A DNA stretch of 32,741 bases from an uncultured Candidatus Saccharibacteria bacterium (GTDB lineage Bacteria > Patescibacteriota > Minisyncoccia > Sungbacterales > HO2-52-23), in contig CAYHJX010000002.1 of assembly GCA_964357005.1 (NCBI GenBank), forward strand, positions 1 to 32,741, given 5' to 3'. Both the position numbers and the translations under genes were made by a program. The notes below the pieces were generated by a model. That model did not search any database. It had not been told where the DNA came from and saw only the letters and a program-made list of their open reading frames with translations. Positions 24,063 to 32,518 of this stretch are shown here, one piece after another; position 1 is the stretch's first letter; each line of letters starts with the position of its first letter.

Positions 24063-25433
24063 TCATTTTTGAATAAGCGTATGTACTGCATCGGCAATAC
24101 GCTTCCCCGAATCTCCTTCGTAAGGAGCAAGAAATTCTTTTATGAGGCACGTGCGCCCGTCTGCATCCTTCCGGGGGTTCTCCAAATATGCGTTGATTGC
24201 TTCCGCAAGTGCGCCTTCGCTGTCTGCGGCCCGAACACCGCCGGTTGCCATCATGGCTTCATAGTGCGTGTAGTGATGCCGGAACCGCCGCGCCGATATC
24301 CAATAGTTCACGCGTGTTTTTTCAAATGCGGCTGATAGTGCCGGCTTGCCGAGCGCAACCGCATCAAGCGCCATGGTGGATCCGGACGTAATCACCATCT
24401 CGCTATGAACAATTGAATTTACCAGATGCTTCATTTCCTCTTCCCCCATCTCCCAACTATCCACCTGGGAGGAAAGATATACTGCATTGCGATCAGGTAT
24501 GACGTGGCGGAATGACTTCATCCGCTCGAGCGGGCTTTGAAACGCGGGATGCGCGCGAAATACCATAACAAGATCCTGCGGAATTTTTTTTGATTCGACA
24601 AGCGCCTCAAACACATCCGCAATCTCGCCCTCTTTTGGGAATAAAAAGTCGCCCATAGCGCCAAACAAAATCATTCGTTTTTTCGGATCAATGCCGAGTT
24701 TTTGCAAAAATGCATCACGCGGCAAAATCCATTCGTTCCTGAAATACCAATCATTTTGCGGAAATCCGACCACTTCAAACATCTCCGGCATCAAAAAATG
24801 ATATGTCATTCCCATTCGCTTTAAATACTCATTTTGCAAAAGCATTCGGTCGGGCACTACGCGCAAAAACCCGTGCGACGTGAAATTATCCCATCCGCGG
24901 AGCATCGCAATTGTAGGAATTTTGCGACGCTTGGCCTCGCGAAGCATCGCGACATCAATTTCCGGATGAATTGCAACGGTTGAAAACAAAAGATCGGGCC
25001 CATAGCGATCAAAAAGCGCCCGCACTGTCGGAAGCTGCTTTCGCATAAGTTCTATCCGGCGAACAAGCACTTGAATAGTTTTTGATCTGCCGAATGCGTG
25101 CCACAAGAATCGCTTGAACATAAGCGCGAGAAAACTTCCGCCGTCATGTCTCTGGCGCATCTGATTGAAGGTTGTTGTTCCGGTTTGGAATGCGTTTCGC
25201 GAAATAAATGCAAGCGCTTTCTCGAGAAATCCCGGCGCGACATACGGAAGTTCTTCAACCGTTATATCCTTCCCGAAAAATTCTTTTGCATACTGCTCCT
25301 TTTTCAAAGATGCGGTAACCAGTACAATGCGGAAATTTCTTTCCGCATTGATGTAATTCCAAAAAGATCCGCGAAGCACGTTTCGTGCGGCAGACGCCTC
25401 TGGAACAGTAATAAAGATTGTTTTCTTCGGCAC
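24063..25433 (-). CDS. Unassigned GT-B-like protein, paralogue B
   Basis: 456-aa ORF with a GTG start 4 nt after the upstream stop. Blocks: FDRYGPDLLF, AKRRKIPTIAMLRGWDNFTS, LLQNEYL, VVGFPQNDWY, GIDPKKRMILFGAMG, FRAHP (His codon 24549-24551), ITSGSTMALDAVALGKP, YLENPRKDADGR, APYEGDSGKRI. Confidence 0.6.
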   Translation of the reverse strand: MPKKTIFITVPEASAARNVLRGSFWNYINAERNFRIVLVTASLKKEQYAKEFFGKDITVEELPYVAPGFLEKALAFISRNAFQTGTTTFNQMRQRHDGGSFLALMFKRFLWHAFGRSKTIQVLVRRIELMRKQLPTVRALFDRYGPDLLFSTVAIHPEIDVAMLREAKRRKIPTIAMLRGWDNFTSHGFLRVVPDRMLLQNEYLKRMGMTYHFLMPEMFEVVGFPQNDWYFRNEWILPRDAFLQKLGIDPKKRMILFGAMGDFLFPKEGEIADVFEALVESKKIPQDLVMVFRAHPAFQSPLERMKSFRHVIPDRNAVYLSSQVDSWEMGEEEMKHLVNSIVHSEMVITSGSTMALDAVALGKPALSAAFEKTRVNYWISARRFRHHYTHYEAMMATGGVRAADSEGALAEAINAYLENPRKDADGRTCLIKEFLAPYEGDSGKRIADAVHTLIQK

Positions 25434-25437
25434 AAAG

Positions 25438-26121
25438 TCAGCTCTTCTTGATTACAAAATATTTTCTTGCTTTTTCGTCATAATCAATGCGGTACGGCGT
25501 CCCTCGAAAGAATTCATCAATTGCTTTTGTGGCTCCGGGCCATCGGGGACTTTTGTATTCGTCGAACAAGATTACGCCCCCGTTGGCAACTTGTGGAAAG
25601 AATTTCTTAAGCACCGCGCGATACGACTCATAGAGATCCACATCAATATGCAACAGTGCAATGGGGCCGCCATCGTACGAATCAACCGTATTCTCAAAAA
25701 ATCCCTTAACGAGCCTCACGTTCTTTGTGAGAAATACGGGGGAAATCCTCGCGGTCATCAAAATCTGCTTAATATCGTCAATTGATGTCCCTGACCATTC
25801 TCCTTTCTTTGGATTACGGACACTATCGTCTTCTTTTGCTGGTTCGGGAAAACCCTCAAACGAATCAAAACCCCACACCATGCGATTCCGCCCCTCCATT
25901 TCAGCAAACGAAGAAAGGAATAAAAATGTTGTCCCTCTCCCTACTCCGCATTCAACAATAGCCCCATCGACAGCTCGGATATTCTCATACATCTTTCCCA
26001 TATACAGAATCTGCGTGATTCGCCGTACCGTAAGGGGAATTTCCTTTTCGGAACTTTTTTTCACATCATATCCAAATGCACCAATAACTTTCTTGATTAT
26101 CTTTTTTAGCATCATACGCAC
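25438..26121 (-). CDS. TylF / macrocin-O-methyltransferase family SAM-dependent (sugar) O-methyltransferase
   Basis: 227-aa ORF. Motifs: GAIVECGVGRGTTFLFLSS, VWGFDSFEGFPEP, LLHIDVDLYESYRAVLKKFFPQVANGGVILFDEY. These are the metal-binding D-x-D and SAM motifs typical of the TylF/NovP class. Confidence 0.8.
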   Translation of the reverse strand: MRMMLKKIIKKVIGAFGYDVKKSSEKEIPLTVRRITQILYMGKMYENIRAVDGAIVECGVGRGTTFLFLSSFAEMEGRNRMVWGFDSFEGFPEPAKEDDSVRNPKKGEWSGTSIDDIKQILMTARISPVFLTKNVRLVKGFFENTVDSYDGGPIALLHIDVDLYESYRAVLKKFFPQVANGGVILFDEYKSPRWPGATKAIDEFFRGTPYRIDYDEKARKYFVIKKS

Positions 26122-26149
26122 ATCGTATTGTTACATGGAAACCGCATCA

Positions 26150-27547
26150 TTACACCAATGAAAGAATAAAATGTGTCAGCCGCTCGGACGATTTTCCATC
26201 AAAGGGCTCGATAAACCGCTCTCGGATGCAATCCCGCCCCCCGAGATCCTTTTGGGGATTTTCCAAGTAGGTACGTATTGCATCCGCTAACTCACGCTCG
26301 GAATGCGGGCGCCGCATGCCGCCGCAGTTTCCCACTTCTTCCCAGTCAAAACACATGCCTCCATGAACTTTCGCTAAATAACGCCCGTAGGGAAACTTTT
26401 TTCTCCCTTCAAACGCAAACGCTATGACCGGCTTTCCAAACGCAATAGCATCGAGAATAATCGTTCCCGATGTGGTAAGCAACAACTCGCTATGATACAA
26501 AGAATTTATTTGGTGAGAAATATCAGACAAATCTTCTTTTGGTTGTCCGGCGCGCGGGATCTTGCTTGCGCGCACTTCATCCGCAACCACATGGCGCAAT
26601 GGCTTCAGACGGCTCAACGAAAAATTGTAATACGGGTGGTTACGAAAAATAAATACGAGATCGGATGGCAACACGCCCTTCTCGACCATATCATCGAGCA
26701 TCTCGGCAAGAGAAACCTCCAACTCATGCAAAATTCCGCCTACCGCGCCAAACAGTATAACCCGTTTCGAAGAATCTATTCCAAATCGTTTTAAAAATTC
26801 ATCACGGGGCGCCAATAGCTCTTTATCCGCATACCAATCATAGTGCGGAAAACCAGTGATAACAACTCTGTCCGCGGGGAAAAAATTATATTGCACGGCC
26901 ATTTCCTTAACATACATGCTGGGAACAACCATATAATCCGGATGCATCAACATGAAACCAATGTTGCTTAACGCGTCCCACCCGCGAATACCCGCAATCG
27001 TCTTAATTCTTCTGCGTTTAGCTTCACAAAGCACAGGTACGTCATATGACGTACTCGCAATATTGGTACTTAAAACAAGTACGGGATTATATCTATCAAA
27101 AATTTCTATAATATACTTATAAGCAGGAATATGCGACACTCGCTCGCGCACAATTCTCTGAATTATCCTCGCAAGGGGCCGCCAAGTTCCAAACGTATAG
27201 GCAATGATCCTGTGCAACACTATACGATAGAGCGGCACACGGGAAATGTGACGCTCTACAAGGCGATGCCATGCGCGACTCAACTTTTGATGAAACGCCG
27301 AGCGGGAAAGAGAAATTAACATCTCAAAATATTTGGAGGTTTTCACTCGGGGAATAGCGACTATGTCTGCACCTGCGCCCCCGAATTCCGATCGGTATCC
27401 GGCTTCTTCCGCTTTCGAGACAATCAAAACGACTTTCACATCCGGGCGTTTTGCAAGCTCTGCCACAAAACCGCTCCGCAAAAAATATCGCGGTATCATC
27501 GGTCCTCCTGCAGTAGAAATAAAAATAACCTTTTTTTGTGTATCCAT
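26150..27547 (-). CDS. Unassigned GT-B-like protein, paralogue C
   Basis: 465-aa ORF with ATG 4 nt after the ABC gene stop. Blocks: FDRYNPVLVLS, AKRRRIKTIAGIRGWDALS, ITGFPHYDWY, GIDSSKRVILFGAVG, FRNHP (His codon 26636-26638), TTSGTIILDAIAFGKP, YLENPQKDLGGR, EPFDGKSSERL. Confidence 0.6.
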   Translation of the reverse strand: MDTQKKVIFISTAGGPMIPRYFLRSGFVAELAKRPDVKVVLIVSKAEEAGYRSEFGGAGADIVAIPRVKTSKYFEMLISLSRSAFHQKLSRAWHRLVERHISRVPLYRIVLHRIIAYTFGTWRPLARIIQRIVRERVSHIPAYKYIIEIFDRYNPVLVLSTNIASTSYDVPVLCEAKRRRIKTIAGIRGWDALSNIGFMLMHPDYMVVPSMYVKEMAVQYNFFPADRVVITGFPHYDWYADKELLAPRDEFLKRFGIDSSKRVILFGAVGGILHELEVSLAEMLDDMVEKGVLPSDLVFIFRNHPYYNFSLSRLKPLRHVVADEVRASKIPRAGQPKEDLSDISHQINSLYHSELLLTTSGTIILDAIAFGKPVIAFAFEGRKKFPYGRYLAKVHGGMCFDWEEVGNCGGMRRPHSERELADAIRTYLENPQKDLGGRDCIRERFIEPFDGKSSERLTHFILSLV

Positions 27548-27551
27548 TTCT

Positions 27552-29354
27552 TTACACTGATAATGCGGATCTTTTCACATGATATGCTTTATAAAAATTT
27601 GATTGTGGATCCTCAAGGAGCTTTCGCGGATTACCTTCTTCTATAATCCTGCCGCCGTGAAGCACGTATACCCTGTCAGCATCCAGTACCGTTGATAAAC
27701 GGTGCGCAATCATAATGACCGTTACTTTCCCATGAAGCTGCTGAAGCGCTTTCTGAATGAGTGATTCTGATTCATTATCCAAAGCGCTCGTTGCCTCATC
27801 AAGGACAAGAATCTCGGGGTGATGCGCAAGCTCCCGTGCAAGCACAATCCGTTGTCGCTGTCCCGCCGAAAGCATAATACCACGATCTCCCACCATAGTA
27901 TCAAGACCATCGGGAAGCGACTGAACATATTCGTAGATATGCGCTTCTTTTACGGCATTCTCGATATCGGTTTCTCCAATCCCTGTACGATAAAAAAGAA
28001 TATTGTTTCTGATAGTGTCATTCAAGAGAAAAATATCCTGCGGTACATATCCAAGATGCATCCGCCATTCCCGTACCCCTATGGAAGAAATATCTTTGCC
28101 GTCAATCATGATTTCTCCCTTCTCGGGAGTAAAAAGACGAAGCAAAAGATCAACTAATGATGTCTTTCCTACGCCTGAAGGGCCCACCACTGCAATCGTA
28201 TCTCCCTTATGAACGGTTATCTGAATTCCTGAAAGCACCGGTGGTCCACTGTGATAAGAAAAAAATAAATCTCGGAATTCAAGCTCATTTTGAAACGAGA
28301 AGGGTTCGTCTCCAAGATCATGTTCTCGATATTTTCTCAATGAATCCATAAGATAAATAATATCTGCGGTATGGGGCAGCAAATCAGAGATGGTATGGAG
28401 CGATCGCTGTATTGACTCCACGTCAACAAAAATTTTATGTATCAAATAAATAGTTGCGATAAGTGCTGCAAGATTAAATCCGGGAGTTCTATAGGACAAC
28501 ACGAAAATGACCGTGATGAAAACAAAACTTATCGGCTGGATGAATGCAGCGCTTGACGCCCGGAGCATGTAGCTTCTTATATTGAGCCGGCGCAGTATCG
28601 CAAGCAATTCCGCGGTCTTTTCCCGGACCCCATTTTCAACTGCTGCAGCCTTTACCACTTTCATGCCGATGACATGCTCACTTAAGTGTTGTGAGGCGTC
28701 TTTTTCAACCTGGTTCACGCGGTACGCCGCCGCTTTTGCAATTTTTCCAAGCGGGAGAAGCAAAATAAGGAGGAGTATTCCCCCGCCCATAGTGATAAGC
28801 GTGATATTCGGCGAAATATTCACTGAAACCAAAAAATACATACATACCGTCGTAAGGGCTAAAATAGCGTGTCCAAACGACATGAAAAGCGCGGCGCCCT
28901 GATCCACACCTCGGATAAAAGCGCTCTGGATATATCCGAGTTTCTGCCGCAATAAAAATCGCCATTCTGCTACGAGCGCCAACGAAAAAAGCTCCTCCCG
29001 CATATGGCGCTTATAGTCAGTAACAATTTTAGTGCGCACGTAGCTAAAAAGAAGAATGGCACATGCTTTAAAAATAAAAAGTGCTACCATAAAACTTAAA
29101 AGTGATGTCACGCTCAATGGAAACGGAAGGTATCCGTTGATAGCGATGATTAATCGAGACTAGAAATTATCGCTTGCGTGGACGCTTCCTCCAGCGATGA
29201 GGGAAAACAAAGGGATCATCGCGCTAATGCTCACACTTTCGAAAAGTCCGCCTAAAAACCCCAATACCACCATAACTGCAATCCTCCCCTTATATCTCCC
29301 GAAGGCGCGATAAAATATATAGAAATTTTTTGACGCTTTAATCCGCTCAATCAT
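27552..29354 (-). pseudogene. MsbA-type ABC exporter (fused TMD-NBD) interrupted by a single in-frame TAG at 29160-29162
   Basis: Track ORFs 29160..29375 (TM1: GRIAVMVVLGFLGGLFESVSISAMIPLF) and 27552..29117 (TM2-6 plus NBD: Walker A GPSGVGKTS, signature LSAGQRQR, Walker B ILVLDEATSALD, H-loop IAHRLS) are in the same frame. Only TAG separates them, followed by 14 sense codons (SRLIIAINGYLPFP). The joined length of about 600 aa is typical. The likely start is ATG 29354. Confidence 0.7.
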
Positions 29355-30711
29355 GATTTTTGAGAAAATGATCAAGAAAACGAAAAAATCTTTCGGCGTT
29401 TTTTCCGTCTAATGCTGAATATTTTTCTTCGATGAATTTTCGCAGATTTGAATTTTTCTTCCACCTCTGTTGTTCTCCGGGAATCTTCGTACCATAGTCG
29501 AGATACTTATGTAACATACCAACAAGCATCTCTCTGTTATAAGCAATCTCGTGAAAAGTACTTGTTGCGGGACTTAACAACGCTGCCTCTTCCATGCGGC
29601 GTCCCGAACTCAAACCAAGATCGCTCGCCTCCGCCCACCACGGCACCACAACAGCAACATCTGCAATAAGCGCATCGAGGCAAGACGTTGAATTAAACCC
29701 TACAAGCACCCGGGGACGCTTTGCGAGAAAATACTCCATTGGTCCGGTTACTACCTGAAAATCAGGAAATGACCTTTTGATAGTAACTATCTCGCGTACG
29801 TCTCGACATTTTATCGTGATATGCGTTCGCAGAATTTCATCCCTATAGAGCGCTTGAAGGACCTCGCGCCAAAGAGTTGCTGCGCCGTACGAAGGATCTT
29901 GAAATGCTGCAACAAGAATAAATGGCTCTTCTTGATTTTGACCCGCCTCGGGCGACTCGGAAATTTCAACAAGACGGTCAACGCGTGGACAGCCAGTTAC
30001 GAACGATTGCGATGCGGTTACAGCACGAGCAGCAATAAAAACATCCTTTGCGTACTCGTTATAAAATAATACCGCATCGCCATCATAGCGAAACTGCGCT
30101 TTTGTGTATATTTCCACTGTTTCCTCTTTATAGAATTTCGAGTAGATGATTGATTCCTTATAGAGCGAAACGAACACTCCGCCGCACTTTTGTATGGCAA
30201 AAACCCATGGATATTCCTGAGCATAATCAATGAGTCCGGTCAAAATAACGCGGACACGAATACCTGTTTGCTTCTCGATAAAATACATTATGCCTTCATA
30301 TATGCGTACCATTCGCTCTGTAAATTCGCGATAGTGATTCCGATGGGCGTAAAATCCCGTCTGAACAGCAAATCCAGCAGGCCACACGGCTTTCGTAAGA
30401 AGTGCACGGACGAAACTGGGGTACGACAGTATGGTATACGAAAGGTGATGCGCTTTTTGGTATTGCCGCAAAGCATCTTTGTCATCGTTAAAAATACGCC
30501 GATCCATTGCCAAAAGAACGACCCCAGAAGACGGACGCGCGCACTCTTCACGATTATTAGAAATAACAAGAAAGGCAATGAGTCGAGAGATTGCGGAATC
30601 AAGATGCAACCACCATAAAATCCGCACTCCGTACACCAAAAGGGTCTGTTTTGCAACGGGACGCAACAGACCCTTGAAAAAAGAAATGACTCTTGTAGAT
30701 ATGCGTTTCAC
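29347..30711 (-). CDS. Hypothetical protein, distant relative of paralogues A-C (GT-B-like) lacking the H-P motif
   Basis: 454-aa ORF with a GTG start at 30711. Its blocks occur in the same order as in A-C: VILTGLIDYAQEYPWVFAIQKCGGVFVSLYKE corresponds to ..AKRR.IP...R.WDN. DAVLFYNEYAKDVF...FVTGCPRVDRL corresponds to LLQNE...VVGFPQND. VLVGFNSTSCLDALIADVAVVV corresponds to ITSGSTMALDAVALGKP. Confidence 0.45.
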   Translation of the reverse strand: MKRISTRVISFFKGLLRPVAKQTLLVYGVRILWWLHLDSAISRLIAFLVISNNREECARPSSGVVLLAMDRRIFNDDKDALRQYQKAHHLSYTILSYPSFVRALLTKAVWPAGFAVQTGFYAHRNHYREFTERMVRIYEGIMYFIEKQTGIRVRVILTGLIDYAQEYPWVFAIQKCGGVFVSLYKESIIYSKFYKEETVEIYTKAQFRYDGDAVLFYNEYAKDVFIAARAVTASQSFVTGCPRVDRLVEISESPEAGQNQEEPFILVAAFQDPSYGAATLWREVLQALYRDEILRTHITIKCRDVREIVTIKRSFPDFQVVTGPMEYFLAKRPRVLVGFNSTSCLDALIADVAVVVPWWAEASDLGLSSGRRMEEAALLSPATSTFHEIAYNREMLVGMLHKYLDYGTKIPGEQQRWKKNSNLRKFIEEKYSALDGKNAERFFRFLDHFLKNHD

Positions 30712-30726
30712 TAAAATCGCGAAAGC

Positions 30727-31800
30727 CTAGACGATTAAATCCCATGCAAGGGGCGTGCCGCGTTCAATATCTTTTGCAGCGGCTTTCCCGATAATTTCTT
30801 CATAGTGCTTGGTATGAAGGCCGTTTGCGGGACGAATGGAGCGCGCGTTTTCTTTCGTGAATACCTCTCCTTTTTTCATATCCTTCACGACAAACAGTGA
30901 TCTTCTAAAACGCGTATTGTATCGTTCCTGTTCAGTCGCCGGTCCGTAGTGCGGCGCGCCGAGCATTGTTTCGTGCTTTCGTATGGTAGCAACCATTTCC
31001 TGTAACTCCTGTGGTTCGATGGAAAACTTCGCGTCAGGACCGCCGTCGCTCCTTCGCAGAATAAAATGCTTTTCAATAATTGCGGCGCCGTGCGCCGCCG
31101 CAATAATAGGAATCTCAATGCCGCCATTATTATCAGAAAACCCCGCCACCACGCCGAATCGTTCCTCAATATCCCGCATTGTTTTTAAATGCATAACCGA
31201 AGGATCGGGGTCTCCGGTGTAACCTGTCACACAATGCAAAATCGCAATTTCTTTGGCGCCGTTTTCACGCAGTGTTTTCAGCGCAAGTTCAATATCTTCA
31301 AGCGATGCGTATCCGATAGACATAATAACCGGCTTCCCGGTCCGTGCGATTTTTCTTAAAAGGGTTACGTCATTCACTTCGTATGACGCAACTTTGTAGC
31401 AAGGGACATCCATTGATTCAAGCAGATCAACTGCCGTCTCATCAAAGGGTGTTGAAAATAAAAAAATCCCTATTTCGTCGGCAATTTTTTTTAGTTTTGG
31501 CTGCCAATCCCACGGTGTATATGCTGTTTGATACAGCTCGTATAGCGTCTTCCCTTTCCAATCGTCAGGATTATCCTTCCCGCCAACCAAAAACCATTCT
31601 TTATTGGAATCAATCGTTATTGTATCCGGCGTATATGTTTGCAGTTTAACTGCGTCTGCCCCTGCTTCTTTTGCGGCCTTAATCATTGCGACCGCCTCAT
31701 CATATTTTTGATGGTGATTTGCAGATACCTCTGCCACAATAAAGCAAGGTTTCCCTTGTCCAATCTCGCGCCCGCCAATGTGAATCAGGGATGTTTTCAT
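30727..31800 (-). CDS. pseI: NeuB-family nonulosonate synthase, pseudaminic acid synthase (PseI)-like
   Basis: 357-aa ORF. Motifs: KPCFIVAEVSANHHQKYDEAVAMIKAAKEAGADAVKLQTYTPDTITIDS..LYELYQTAYTPWDW..FSTPFDETAVDLLE..YKVASYEVND..GFSDNN..IIEKHFIL..DAKFSIEP..RSLFVVKDMKKGEVFTKENARSIRPANGLH. It follows my recollection of Campylobacter PseI block by block, including the ...QTYTPD... and ...RS[IV]RP..GL motifs. Confidence 0.82.
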   Translation of the reverse strand: MKTSLIHIGGREIGQGKPCFIVAEVSANHHQKYDEAVAMIKAAKEAGADAVKLQTYTPDTITIDSNKEWFLVGGKDNPDDWKGKTLYELYQTAYTPWDWQPKLKKIADEIGIFLFSTPFDETAVDLLESMDVPCYKVASYEVNDVTLLRKIARTGKPVIMSIGYASLEDIELALKTLRENGAKEIAILHCVTGYTGDPDPSVMHLKTMRDIEERFGVVAGFSDNNGGIEIPIIAAAHGAAIIEKHFILRRSDGGPDAKFSIEPQELQEMVATIRKHETMLGAPHYGPATEQERYNTRFRRSLFVVKDMKKGEVFTKENARSIRPANGLHTKHYEEIIGKAAAKDIERGTPLAWDLIV

Positions 31801-31810
31801 AATTCATAAA

Positions 31811-32518
31811 CTATCTCCGCCAATATACCAGCTCAAACGCTTCCGCAAGAGGAAACCCCGACTGTCCCCCTCGTACTTTCGCGAGCGCCTCAAGATATTC
31901 TTTTGATCGAGGGTGGGGAAACACCCGAATCTCCCCGGTATACTCTTTCATGGCGTCCCATTTTTTTTGAAATAATTTCTTATCAAGAGCAACAAATACA
32001 TTAGGGCTAAAAATGTCCTTACCGAAACTCCATTCTGTTGAAGAAGGTATTTCAGACGCAAATACTTGCTCAAGCGGCAGAGAATGTGCGGGTAGTGGTC
32101 GAACTGCGGCCTCAATAGCTTCACGAGTCCTTCGATGGTCAATATTTACATCAGAATAATGATGCGTATAAATAATGGTCGGTTTCAATTCCTGCATAAC
32201 CTCTTCAATCGTATGCACAATATCTAAAAGAGACACAGAATCGAACTTGTTATCGGGAAAATCTTTTAAAATAAGACGCTCAACTCCCAGTGCCTTATTT
32301 GCACGCCTCGCGTCCTTTTTTAGTTGCTCCAAAATCCTGGTCTTTTCAATTTCCGAAAGCCCGGCCCGCGCCCGCACTCCCTCCCCAAGAATCAAAACCC
32401 AGACACGGTCTCCCGCGGCCGCGTGCTTTGCAATAGTGCCTCCGCATCCCAAAACCTCATCATCGGGATGCGCCACAACCACAAGAATTCTTTTTTTTCG
32501 ATCAGCTTTTTTCTTCAT
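31811..32518 (-). CDS. PIG-L / LmbE family N-acetyl-sugar deacetylase
   Basis: 235-aa ORF. ILVVVAHPDDEVLGCGGTIAKH is the zinc-binding A-H-P-D-D-E signature. A second block, HHYSDVNIDHRRT, follows. Confidence 0.85.
   Translation of the reverse strand: MKKKADRKKRILVVVAHPDDEVLGCGGTIAKHAAAGDRVWVLILGEGVRARAGLSEIEKTRILEQLKKDARRANKALGVERLILKDFPDNKFDSVSLLDIVHTIEEVMQELKPTIIYTHHYSDVNIDHRRTREAIEAAVRPLPAHSLPLEQVFASEIPSSTEWSFGKDIFSPNVFVALDKKLFQKKWDAMKEYTGEIRVFPHPRSKEYLEALAKVRGGQSGFPLAEAFELVYWRR

Noticed and set aside
29160-29162. TAG reassignment (alternative genetic code) as the explanation for the in-frame stop in the ABC gene.
   Set aside because: TAG terminates at least three genes at positions that match the expected C-termini of their families or gene boundaries: 19972-19974, 23171-23173 and 30727-30729. 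I saw no other in-frame TAG/TGA/TAA in conserved domains.
624-32518. The numerous 60-180 aa ORFs in the track lying antisense to, or out of frame within, the long ORFs.
   Set aside because: Each is fully nested in a longer ORF with clear family motifs. Their translations are R/S/P/C-rich or low-complexity. None occupies an intergenic gap.
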